Assembly: GCA_964367815.1 (NCBI GenBank)
Contig: CAYIYR010000002.1
Span: forward strand, 13,903 to 77,902
Direction of reading: 5' to 3'
Origin: an uncultured Eubacteriales bacterium
GTDB lineage: Bacteria > Bacillota_I > Bacilli_A > RFN20 > UBA1709
DNA: 64,000 nucleotides
Position numbers and translations under genes: made by a program. Positions 45,933 through 55,044 of the stretch are shown one piece after another (positions within the stretch are counted from its first letter, which is position 1; every line of letters starts with the position of its first letter). Under the pieces are notes generated by a model. The model was given only the letters and a program-made list of their open reading frames with translations, was not told the DNA's origin and ran no database searches.

Positions 45933-46406
45933 TTATTCCTCCTTGTTTATTTTCTTTTCAACTATCAATTTGTTACCGACAACTTCTAGAATAGTTGCAA
46001 TATCACCGACTTGAACTTTGGTTCCTTCTTTGCATGTGATTGTCCAAGAAAGACCATTATACTTACCCTCACCATAGTTCAAATAATCGGCATCCTTTGT
46101 AACTATGACTTCTTTACCGATGGCAGCATCAATATTTGTTGGATGGTTTTTATTCTTCATCATCCTATTTGCCCATCGGCCAACGGTAAATAGCAGTGTA
46201 CAGGAGACAACAACGAAGGCGATTACTTGAATCAATATTGATTGAACTCCGCATAACAAGAGAATCAATGCGACAATTGCGCCAGCTGTAAACCATACAC
46301 AATCTAACTCTTCGGTTGCTAACTCGATTACGATGGTGGCGACAATTAAAACGCCCCAAATAATGCCGATAGTACCAAAGAAGACTGCATTAAACATATC
46401 TATCAC
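45933..46406 (-). CDS. NfeD-family membrane protein, the partner of the SPFH protein.
   Basis: Membrane N-terminal half and an OB-like C-terminal half. It lies in the canonical nfeD-spfh gene order. Confidence 0.65.
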   Translation of the reverse strand: MIDMFNAVFFGTIGIIWGVLIVATIVIELATEELDCVWFTAGAIVALILLLCGVQSILIQVIAFVVVSCTLLFTVGRWANRMMKNKNHPTNIDAAIGKEVIVTKDADYLNYGEGKYNGLSWTITCKEGTKVQVGDIATILEVVGNKLIVEKKINKEE

Positions 46407-46492
46407 CTCACCTATAATATATCACACTATTATATGCACCGCAAGTAATATTTAGAAATTCATCTAAACGTTATTTCAACGATTTTTTCATA

Positions 46493-47233
46493 ATGTTTTT
46501 TGATTTATCATATATTTCTAGGGGTGATATGGTGGATGAAGTATATCAGTATCAAATAGTTGGTCAAGGAGTTGAAATCTTATTTCTTCCTGGCTGGGGC
46601 AATGCGAAAGAAACTTGGTTGCCTCTAGTTAGTCTATTAAAGAATAAGTATCAATGTATAATGCTAGATCTGCCAGGATTCGGTAAAGCTAATAAGCCCG
46701 ACTATCCTTTCGCACCCCAAGACTATGCCACTTTTGTAAAGAATTTCTTAATTAATAACAATTTAAATCCCCAGGTATTAATTGGTCATTCCTTTGGGGG
46801 AAAGGTAATTACCGAGATGGTATTAGGAGGGTATGATGCGAAAGTAATTTATGTCAGTGCATCAATAATTAAACCCAAGACAAGCTTATCAAAGCTTATT
46901 AAGAAAGTGCGGGTTAAGATTCTAAAAAAACTTAGAATAGAATACCAACAATTAGGCAGCAAGGATTATCGTGACAGTCAAGGTATTATGCGAGCTGTCC
47001 TAATCAAAGCCACCCATACTTATTATGACCATGAACTGACAAGAATAGCCGTGCCAGTTTTAGTATGCTTTGGATTGCATGACACAGAGACACCATTGTG
47101 GATGGGAAAAAAGATTTCCAAATTAATTAAGCATTCGCAATTTAAATTACTTGATGGTGGCCATTTTGCTCATCTTGAACAACCATATATCTTTGCCACC
47201 TATGTCGATAAATTCATTATGGAGGGAAAATAA
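46493..47233 (+). CDS. Alpha/beta hydrolase
   Basis: GHSFGG nucleophile elbow. LPGWG oxyanion region. The start may be the internal ATG at 46529. Confidence 0.75.
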   Translation: MFFDLSYISRGDMVDEVYQYQIVGQGVEILFLPGWGNAKETWLPLVSLLKNKYQCIMLDLPGFGKANKPDYPFAPQDYATFVKNFLINNNLNPQVLIGHSFGGKVITEMVLGGYDAKVIYVSASIIKPKTSLSKLIKKVRVKILKKLRIEYQQLGSKDYRDSQGIMRAVLIKATHTYYDHELTRIAVPVLVCFGLHDTETPLWMGKKISKLIKHSQFKLLDGGHFAHLEQPYIFATYVDKFIMEGK

Positions 47234-48747
47234 TGACGATTCTGCTAGTATCTTTACTTACTATACCAGTCTATTATCGCTTAGCCTATCAGCACACAAA
47301 ATTGTTTCAACAACAATTCTATAACCATCGACGTTATTTTTTGGGATTAAGAGATAGTATTAAATTTAGTTTACTTGATTTCCTACCCATTCTCATAATC
47401 ATTCCTTTTCTTGTGCTTCAGCCAAAACTTCTCTATGTCAGTGTCATGTTGTTTGCTATTTATGTGGTAGAAGTTGTTAAACGCAAACCAGAAATAATCA
47501 AACTGAAGTTTACGGCCCGTGTTTATCGCTTATTGATAGCACTAGCTGTTGTCATCTTTCTTATGATTGGAATACCCTCCTATTTTTATCCTCCCATCTA
47601 TTATTACTTGGTTTTGGGGATATATCTTTTGTTTCCTCTTTTCTTTGCTCTGATAGCTTACCTTATGAAACCATTAGAAGGAAGTATAAAGAATAAATAC
47701 CTTAAGAAAGCGAAAAAGAAGCTGGCAGAAATTGAACCAATCTTTGTCGCTATTACGGGAAGCTATGGCAAGACATCAACTAAAGAATGGGTAAGTGAAA
47801 TTCTCTCTAAGAAGTATAAAGTACTGGCCACACCAAAATCATATAATACGATGATGGGTATAACGAAAACAATCAATGAGAGTCTGCAAAAAGATCATCA
47901 AGTATTAGTAATTGAAGTCGGAGTAGACAAAGTCGGCGGTATGGATGAATTTAAAAAACTATTTACTCCTAATTTTGTGATAATCACAGGAATTGGTCCT
48001 CAGCATCTCAAAACATTTAAATCGTTAGATAATATTGCGAAAGAGAAAATGAAACTTGCAAGTTGGGTTGATAAAAACGGGGTGATTATTCTCAATGGTG
48101 ATTGTTCTGAACTAAGAGATGCTCCTGTGGGTGTCACTCAGCGTCTTTATTATGGTTTCAAGGAAAACAATGCTTATACGATTAAACTAGGAAAGAAGCG
48201 CAAGGACATGACCCGTTTCTCACTTAATAATTCCGACTTTGAAACCGGGGTTATTGGTGATCACTTTCTTCTTAACATCGCAGCCAGCATTATTCTGGCG
48301 CGGCGATTAATTATCCCAGAAAAGTTGATAGTGGATGCCGTGAAGGGATTATGTAATGCAGATCATCGGCTGAAGCTAATTCAAAAAGAAGATTATCAAA
48401 TCTTAGATGATTCCTATAATTCGAATCTTCATAGTTTTCGGTGTGCGATTAAGACCTTGAGTTCTTTTGCGGGTTATCGAGTATTGATTACGCCCGGATT
48501 AGTTGAACTAGGTGACAATTATTATTCCTATAATTATCAAGCTGCCGAGTTTTGTGTGGATAAGGTGGATTATGTTATTGTTGTTGGTAATATGAAACCA
48601 TTTAGAGATGCATTTGAGAACAAGAAATACGAAGAATATGTCTTTGTCGATGATTTCAAGTCAGCGATGGCTCATCTGCAAAAGATTAAGCAAGTAGGAA
48701 TGACAGTTCTAATTGAGAATGATTTGCCGGATATCTATCTGCGCTGA
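47233..48747 (+). CDS. Mur ligase family protein (MurF-like) with an unusual N-terminal multi-pass membrane domain of about 150 aa.
   Basis: The central P-loop VAITGSYGKTSTKE and Mur ligase middle and C-terminal regions are present. The N-terminus has about 5 hydrophobic helices. Confidence 0.6.
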   Translation: MTILLVSLLTIPVYYRLAYQHTKLFQQQFYNHRRYFLGLRDSIKFSLLDFLPILIIIPFLVLQPKLLYVSVMLFAIYVVEVVKRKPEIIKLKFTARVYRLLIALAVVIFLMIGIPSYFYPPIYYYLVLGIYLLFPLFFALIAYLMKPLEGSIKNKYLKKAKKKLAEIEPIFVAITGSYGKTSTKEWVSEILSKKYKVLATPKSYNTMMGITKTINESLQKDHQVLVIEVGVDKVGGMDEFKKLFTPNFVIITGIGPQHLKTFKSLDNIAKEKMKLASWVDKNGVIILNGDCSELRDAPVGVTQRLYYGFKENNAYTIKLGKKRKDMTRFSLNNSDFETGVIGDHFLLNIAASIILARRLIIPEKLIVDAVKGLCNADHRLKLIQKEDYQILDDSYNSNLHSFRCAIKTLSSFAGYRVLITPGLVELGDNYYSYNYQAAEFCVDKVDYVIVVGNMKPFRDAFENKKYEEYVFVDDFKSAMAHLQKIKQVGMTVLIENDLPDIYLR

Positions 48748-48782
48748 ATGATGCATAATAAAAGCGTAAGGGAAGTGTCAAC

Positions 48783-49382
48783 ATGGATGATATTTATAAG
48801 TTTATTACGAAAGTCCAGAGTATTGCGAAAATTGGGAAACTATTTTCCCAAGACCCCTATGCTTTAGAAAACTATGAAGAGTTGGAACAATTAAGCAAGC
48901 AGGCATTGGAAAAATATACTGGCGAAGATTATCAAAGGGATAATCTTTTTGTCAGAGACATTTATCCAACACCAAATATCTCAGTCAGAGCTTTAATCTT
49001 TAATGATAAAAAAGAAATATTATTAGTTAAGGAAGCGAAATGGGAAACCTGGTCCCTACCCGGTGGTTGGTGTGATTTATATGAGAGTCCAATGGAAGCT
49101 ATTGTCAAGGAGTGTTCACAAGAAGCAGGTTGTGATGTCAAGATAACTAGACTTTTGGCTCTAACTAATCGTGCTTCTTATTTACAGGATAAATCTTTAT
49201 GCGAGTATACTGCGTGTTTCTTAGGCGAAGTTCTGATTGATCATCATACTCATTGTCATGAGACAACACAGGTTGCATATTTCCCCCTCGATAAGTTACC
49301 AACAATTTCCCATAAGTACACTTTAGTTGAGATAAAACGTGTCATAGAAGCCCTTGAAAAAGGAATTACCGTTTTCGACTAG
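48783..49382 (+). CDS. NUDIX hydrolase
   Basis: Nudix box GGWCDLYESPMEAIVKECSQEAG. Confidence 0.8.
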   Translation: MDDIYKFITKVQSIAKIGKLFSQDPYALENYEELEQLSKQALEKYTGEDYQRDNLFVRDIYPTPNISVRALIFNDKKEILLVKEAKWETWSLPGGWCDLYESPMEAIVKECSQEAGCDVKITRLLALTNRASYLQDKSLCEYTACFLGEVLIDHHTHCHETTQVAYFPLDKLPTISHKYTLVEIKRVIEALEKGITVFD

Positions 49383-49429
49383 TATTTTTATTTTCTCTCT
49401 CGCATATTCTTTAAGCAAGGAGTGAGAAG

Positions 49430-50521
49430 ATGCGAAGTGCGATTTTTTATGGTGGTCGTAGTGTTGAACATGAGATAAGTATTGTCAGTGCGCTGCAGGC
49501 TTATCAGACATTGATTGGCCAAGGTCAGAAACCAATTTTAGTTTATTTAGATAAGAGTAATCGAATGTTTGTCGGTAAGGAATTAGAAGATAAATCAACC
49601 TATATAAATTTTGAAGGTCAAATAAAAAAACTTCGGGAAGTTTATATAGATTTTTTAGTTGGCCCAACTATAATATTTAAAAAGAGAAGAAAGAGAAAAA
49701 TCAATTTTGATGTCGCTTTATTATTGGTTCATGGTTATGGTGTGGAAGATGGGACTTTATCCGCTTTATTTGAATTATTAAATATTCCATACTTTGGTCC
49801 CTCCGTTTTATCTGGATCAATCTGCCAAGATAAAGTCTTAACTAAGACGATTTTACAATCTATACAGATTCCGGTCCTGCCAGCACTTGATTCTGCGAAA
49901 AAAGAGGAGTTCAAATATCCAATAATTGTTAAGCCAGCCCATTTAGGCTCATCAATAGGAATTCATGTTGCGGATAGTCTTAATAGTTTTGAAGATATAA
50001 TTCATACAGTCCAAGTATTTGACACGAAGATTCTAGTTGAACCTTATGTTGAAGATATGCGTGAATTCAATATTGCGATTATCGGTGATGAGACAACACA
50101 GGTAATTTCCCAAATAGAAGAAGTTCATGGAAGTCAAGAGATTCTGACTTTCAATGATAAGTACTTGGATGGGGGCAGCCTAGCTAATCTAAAAAGGAAA
50201 ATCCCTGCGAAAGTGAATCGGGCTTTAGCAAGCAGAATTGAGAAGTATGCGAAAGCGGCCTTTATAAACTTAGAATGTTTTGGCATTGTTCGTTTTGATT
50301 TTATTTATGACCGCAGCCAACACAAATTGTATCTTAATGAAGTGAATTCGATACCGGGTTCATTAGGTTTCTACTTATTCAAAGATCTGTCCTATGGTGA
50401 GCTTTTGGAGCAGGCGATGACTTTGGCCATTAAACGCTATGAAAAGAAGAATATGATGACCTCTTGTCTAGATAATCATCAAGTATTAGTAGGCCATAAT
50501 AACTTCAAATTCGTAAAATAA
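49430..50521 (+). CDS. ddl: D-alanine--D-alanine ligase
   Basis: Ddl N-terminus MRSAIFYGGRSVEHEISIVSA and an ATP-grasp core. Confidence 0.88.
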   Translation: MRSAIFYGGRSVEHEISIVSALQAYQTLIGQGQKPILVYLDKSNRMFVGKELEDKSTYINFEGQIKKLREVYIDFLVGPTIIFKKRRKRKINFDVALLLVHGYGVEDGTLSALFELLNIPYFGPSVLSGSICQDKVLTKTILQSIQIPVLPALDSAKKEEFKYPIIVKPAHLGSSIGIHVADSLNSFEDIIHTVQVFDTKILVEPYVEDMREFNIAIIGDETTQVISQIEEVHGSQEILTFNDKYLDGGSLANLKRKIPAKVNRALASRIEKYAKAAFINLECFGIVRFDFIYDRSQHKLYLNEVNSIPGSLGFYLFKDLSYGELLEQAMTLAIKRYEKKNMMTSCLDNHQVLVGHNNFKFVK

Positions 50522-50578
50522 GGTAAAGGCCTAAACATCTGCGTTTTATTGGAATATAGATAACTAGGAGGTATAAAT

Positions 50579-51007
50579 ATGAACAATCAGTATTTTGCAA
50601 TGAATTATGGCTATCCGGCTTTAAAAACACCGACTCCTAGTATCAACAATAATCAGCGTTTTTATTCTCAAGATGAAGCTTTTGTCTTAGGGAATATAGA
50701 AAAACGCCTTTATCGAGGCTATAAGAATTATCAATCGGTGCTACCAAGTCGGAATAACGAAAGAATGACTAGAATGCAAGAGATTATGCGTAGTGGGAGC
50801 AGCGCCCATGACTTAACGCTCTTTCTCGATGTATTCCCCGAAGATCAAGAAGCAATCCGCCTGTTCTCATATTTTCGTTTAGAAACCGAGCGGCTAATAA
50901 ATGAGTATGAGAAGAAGTATGGACCAATCCAACTGTCGTCTTCCTCGCTCGAGGCTTATCCTTGGGCCTGGGAAAGTGGTATTTGGCCTTGGGAGGTGGA
51001 TAATTAA
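50579..51007 (+). CDS. cotJB: Spore coat protein CotJB-like, with an N-terminal extension that may correspond to CotJA.
   Basis: The C-terminal half LTLFLDVFPEDQEAIRLF...YEKKYGPIQL...PWAWESGIWPWEV matches CotJB. It runs straight into cotJC. Confidence 0.65.
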   Translation: MNNQYFAMNYGYPALKTPTPSINNNQRFYSQDEAFVLGNIEKRLYRGYKNYQSVLPSRNNERMTRMQEIMRSGSSAHDLTLFLDVFPEDQEAIRLFSYFRLETERLINEYEKKYGPIQLSSSSLEAYPWAWESGIWPWEVDN

Positions 51008-51564
51008 TGTGGAATTATGAGAAAAGACTTCTTTATCCCATCAACATTAAAAGAAGAGATTTAAAATTTGCGAAAGTTGTGGTTGAGCAGTATGGTGGTG
51101 CGAATGGTGAATTAGGTGCCGCTATTCGTTATCTAAATCAACGTTACACAATGCCAGATGGTAGAGGGAAAGCCTTGTTAACCGATATTGGCACCGAAGA
51201 ATTAGGTCATGTTGAAATGATCTGCGCGATGATTTATCAATTGACTAAAGGGGCGACAGTTGAAGAAATGAAAGTGGCAGGTCTAACTGCCGATTATGTT
51301 CAGCATGGTTTAGATCCATTTCCCGCCAACTCATCCGGGGTTCCATTCACCACAGCCGGGATTGGTTCGGTTGGCGACCCAATTGTGAATCTTTATGAAG
51401 ATATGGCTGCCGAAGAAAAAGCTCGTGCAGTATATGAGCATTTGATTGATGTGGCCACTGATCCAGATGTTATTCAACCATTGTTGTATTTAAGACAAAG
51501 AGAAATAGTTCATTTCAATCGTTTTAAAGAATTATTGGAATATTATCAAGGTAAGGGATTGTAA
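51007..51564 (+). CDS. cotJC: Spore coat protein CotJC (manganese-catalase family)
   Basis: MWNYEKRLLYPI...QYGGANGELGAAIRYLNQRYTMPD...TDIGTEELGHVEMI...YEDMAAEEKAR closely matches CotJC. Confidence 0.9.
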   Translation: MWNYEKRLLYPINIKRRDLKFAKVVVEQYGGANGELGAAIRYLNQRYTMPDGRGKALLTDIGTEELGHVEMICAMIYQLTKGATVEEMKVAGLTADYVQHGLDPFPANSSGVPFTTAGIGSVGDPIVNLYEDMAAEEKARAVYEHLIDVATDPDVIQPLLYLRQREIVHFNRFKELLEYYQGKGL

Positions 51565-51628
51565 AACAATCCTTTTTAATTTATAAGAATAATTGACAAA
51601 AAAACCCGGAATGAGTCCGAGGTTTTTG

Positions 51629-53173
51629 TTATTTGTGTTTTAAATGTTTGAACAATGGTTTTAATTGTTTATACATTGGCTTATAAACTTCTTTATAGAT
51701 ACGATCATAAGTATTTGCAACTTCTTTATTAGGAGTGAATTCATCACAATAATGAATCATTGATTTCGCGGCTTCCTCATAATTTTTGAAGACACCACAG
51801 GAAACAAAACCAATCAGTGATGAGCCTAGAGCACAGGCTTCAGCGGTTTGAATTCTTTTAACAGGTAAGTTAAAGACATCCGAAGCGATTTGACAGACAA
51901 GGTCACTTGCGCTGCCCCCACCAGAGACAACTAGTTGATTAACAGGCTGTTTACGGGAGATATGTTCAAGTCCAGCTCTTAATCCGAAGCAGATACCTTC
52001 GATTATCGCTCTATATAAATGATATTTGGTATGAGAGGAATTAAAACCAATTATGCTGCCTCTAGCTTCCGGAATTTTTAAAGCTGGAGCCCAGAATGGT
52101 TGCAGAACTAAGCCGTTGCAACCGGGAGCAATGTCTTTAATCTTTTCATTTAAAATTTCTTCTGGTCTGACACCTTTTTCCTTGGCAAGATGGGCTTCAT
52201 CTTGACCAAATTGTTCGATAAACCAAGTTAGCATCCAGCAGCCTCTGAATAGTTGAACTTCAGGAGTATAATAATTTGGAATACTAGCAGGGTAGCAAGG
52301 CAAGAAGGTCTCGGGTTCAATATATTTTTTTGACATTATTTGAATAGAAGCAGCGGTACCAAAACTAATAGCAGCCGTTGATTCATCGATACCAATCGTA
52401 CCTAGAGTTTCACAACTCTTATCTGCTCCGGTGGCAACTATTTTTAACCCTTCTGGTAAGCCAGTTGCTAGGCTAGCTTCCTTCGTAATTGTTCCTAAGA
52501 GTTCTCCGGGAGCAACGATATCACAGTTCTTTGCTTCTTCAATGCCAAAGATGCCATATTTTAATGCACCCTTCTTATAATAAACCGATTTCTTGTTATC
52601 AAAAGAAATATGTCCAATTTGAGCGCTGGCAGAATCAATTAGTTTCCCACATAAACGATAAATAAAGTAGCCTGACAAGAAAACATATTTTTTAGTCTTG
52701 GCCCATATCTCTGGTTCATTCTCAATTATCCAATGTGATTTTCCTTGCTTTAGTAATGAATTCATACATTCACTCATTCCTACAAGATTGAAGACCGTTT
52801 TTTGAACGGCAGTTAATGGAGATTTCTCCAGTTTCGCAACTCTTTGGTCAGACCACATGATGCAGGGACGAAGGGGTTTGTTATCTTTATCTAAGTTGAC
52901 CATTGAATCCCGGAAAACGGTTACGGTTACAGCTACAATGTTAGGAATTATATCCGCATGGTTAGTTGTTACATTTTTCGCTGCTTGGCAAAGCAAGTCA
53001 TAAAAGACTTCTGGTTGCTGCTCAAACCATTCATCATGGAGTGAAATGTAAGGTGGCAATTTGATTTGTTTCATCGCTATGGTTTTGCCGTAACGGTCGA
53101 AAATTGAGGCGCGTACGCTTTGCGTACCGCAGTCAAATGTAAATATTAGTGGTTCATTGGGCATAGAATTCAC
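51629..53173 (-). CDS. FGGY-family carbohydrate kinase
   Basis: N-terminus FTFDCGTQSVRASIF. Family-typical length of 514 aa and sugar-kinase fold blocks. Confidence 0.75.
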   Translation of the reverse strand: MNSMPNEPLIFTFDCGTQSVRASIFDRYGKTIAMKQIKLPPYISLHDEWFEQQPEVFYDLLCQAAKNVTTNHADIIPNIVAVTVTVFRDSMVNLDKDNKPLRPCIMWSDQRVAKLEKSPLTAVQKTVFNLVGMSECMNSLLKQGKSHWIIENEPEIWAKTKKYVFLSGYFIYRLCGKLIDSASAQIGHISFDNKKSVYYKKGALKYGIFGIEEAKNCDIVAPGELLGTITKEASLATGLPEGLKIVATGADKSCETLGTIGIDESTAAISFGTAASIQIMSKKYIEPETFLPCYPASIPNYYTPEVQLFRGCWMLTWFIEQFGQDEAHLAKEKGVRPEEILNEKIKDIAPGCNGLVLQPFWAPALKIPEARGSIIGFNSSHTKYHLYRAIIEGICFGLRAGLEHISRKQPVNQLVVSGGGSASDLVCQIASDVFNLPVKRIQTAEACALGSSLIGFVSCGVFKNYEEAAKSMIHYCDEFTPNKEVANTYDRIYKEVYKPMYKQLKPLFKHLKHK

Positions 53174-53280
53174 CTCTTATGTTATTAATATAATAACACG
53201 AATGCGAAAGTTGGTGTGTCAAAATTGACAATTACTATGATATACTTTACAATTAGGTGGAAAATAGGAGCTGATGATAA

Positions 53281-54177
53281 ATGTTTTTAGGTATTGAATT
53301 GGAATTTTTACGCCTTCTTGAAGGAATTAGGACAGGTTTTTTAGATAAAGTCTTTGAGTACATAACAAAATTGGGCGAGGAAACAATTTTTATTTTTTTA
53401 CTAGCGATTATCTATTTTGTGATTGATAAGAAGTATGCTCAAAAACTATTGTTTGTTGTGGCGACATCAATGGGTATTAATGGTGTGGTTAAGAACTTCG
53501 CCAAGATTGTTAGACCATTTGATGTACTTAATAATCCTGTGCATCCGGTTGAGACAGCCAGAGAAGCAGCGACGGGTTATTCTTTCCCAAGTGGCCATAC
53601 ACAAACCTTTTCAACTTGGTCTACCTCGCTAGCTATTAAATTAAAAAAATATTGGGTTACCATTATTGCTGCTGTCTTGATTGCGGCTGTGGCTTTTTCA
53701 CGTTTATATCTAGGCGTCCATTATCCTAGTGATGTCATCGTTGGCGCCGCTTTAGGTATTGGCTGCGCTTTCTTGTTAGGATATGTTTATGATAAGGCTC
53801 CAAATAAGACAACCCTATTTTTAATTGTCACTTGTGCTTTGGTTCCTTTTGCCGTTTATTTTCTATTTGGCCAGGATTCAGATACCGCTGATTTCTATAA
53901 AATGTATGGATTATTAGCAGGATTTACCTTTGCGGTTATGTTTGAAGATAAGTATGTTAATTTTGACTGCAAGCAAAAAACATGGAAACGTATTGTGGCA
54001 TTAATCTTAGCCCTTGCGATTGCGCTAGGCGTTAAGGAAGGCGTTAAGTTTCTTTTCAATCTTATTACTACTCCTGTTTGGATTGATTTGATTCTGGCAT
54101 GGATAAGATATTTCTGCGTGGCCTTTATTACCTTGGGTTTATATCCTTGGGTTGCGAAAAAGATCAAACTACTTTAG
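53281..54177 (+). CDS. PAP2-family phosphatase (possibly BcrC-like undecaprenyl-PP phosphatase)
   Basis: Motifs KIVRP, PSGH and SRLYLGVHYPSD. Confidence 0.75.
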   Translation: MFLGIELEFLRLLEGIRTGFLDKVFEYITKLGEETIFIFLLAIIYFVIDKKYAQKLLFVVATSMGINGVVKNFAKIVRPFDVLNNPVHPVETAREAATGYSFPSGHTQTFSTWSTSLAIKLKKYWVTIIAAVLIAAVAFSRLYLGVHYPSDVIVGAALGIGCAFLLGYVYDKAPNKTTLFLIVTCALVPFAVYFLFGQDSDTADFYKMYGLLAGFTFAVMFEDKYVNFDCKQKTWKRIVALILALAIALGVKEGVKFLFNLITTPVWIDLILAWIRYFCVAFITLGLYPWVAKKIKLL

Positions 54178-54186
54178 AGGTATGAA

Positions 54187-54774
54187 ATGAATAAAAAGAT
54201 TATTAATATAACCAGAACAGCTATTTTTCTAGCTGTACTTTTAGTGGGTCAGTATATCGGAACATTAATTGGTGTTCCTATTGTCAAACAGTTAGTCACT
54301 GGCAGTATTGTCAATTTACTACTGATTCTCTCAACTGTTTATTGCGGATTGTTTGGTGGCCTTCTTATTGCGATTGCCTCACCATTTCTAGCTTTCGCCC
54401 TTGGTATTACCCCTTTGCCAAGTATCATTTTAGTGCCATTTATCGCTATTGGTAATGTCTTGATTGTCTTAATTAGTGGAATGGTACTTAGATATTCGGT
54501 TAATCGAATTCAAGATCGTAACAAGCGTCTAATTGTCCAAATTGGTGGTTCAATCATTGGATCATTTGTGAAGTTTGGTGCCATCTATATCGGTGTTATT
54601 GTTATAGCATTACCATTAATATTAAGTCAGAAACCTGAAGCTTCTCATGCAACTATTACCAATGCTTTGACCACAGCATTTACCTGGACACAATTGTTTA
54701 CTGCCCTAATTGGAAGTGCTTTTGCAATTACGCTTCTGCCAATCATTAAGATTGGGAGCAAAAGTTCTCGATAA
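54187..54774 (+). CDS. ECF-transporter S component of unknown substrate
   Basis: 195 aa with about 5-6 TM helices. ECF-S-like N-terminus TRTAIFLAVLLVGQY. Confidence 0.5.
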   Translation: MNKKIINITRTAIFLAVLLVGQYIGTLIGVPIVKQLVTGSIVNLLLILSTVYCGLFGGLLIAIASPFLAFALGITPLPSIILVPFIAIGNVLIVLISGMVLRYSVNRIQDRNKRLIVQIGGSIIGSFVKFGAIYIGVIVIALPLILSQKPEASHATITNALTTAFTWTQLFTALIGSAFAITLLPIIKIGSKSSR

Positions 54775-54814
54775 AAACGATTGTCAATTAGTTGGCAAAT
54801 GTAATATACTATCA

Positions 54815-55030
54815 ATGTAAATCGCAAGTGAGAATGAAATAGCAATTAACTTGTTAAGAGAGGATTTGGCTGGTGTGAAAATCCCAAGAAATGCTTAATG
54901 TGCCCTCACTAGAGTTTCTCGGAATTCAGTATGAGAAAACGTATATCGGCGTTAACGAGTAGAGTAGTTATTTCAATATAACTAAGTAGAGTGGAACCGT
55001 ACTCAAGTGCCTCTATGGGCACTTTTTTTG
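54815..55030 (+). promoter_or_regulatory. T-box riboswitch leader with a Cys (UGC) specifier and an intrinsic terminator.
   Basis: AGAGAG GA-motif in stem I. UGC in AAAUGCUU of the specifier loop. T-box-like AGAGTGGAACCGT. Terminator GTGCC-tctatg-GGCAC followed by TTTTTTT. Confidence 0.75.
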
Positions 55031-55044
55031 TGGAGGAAAGAAAA

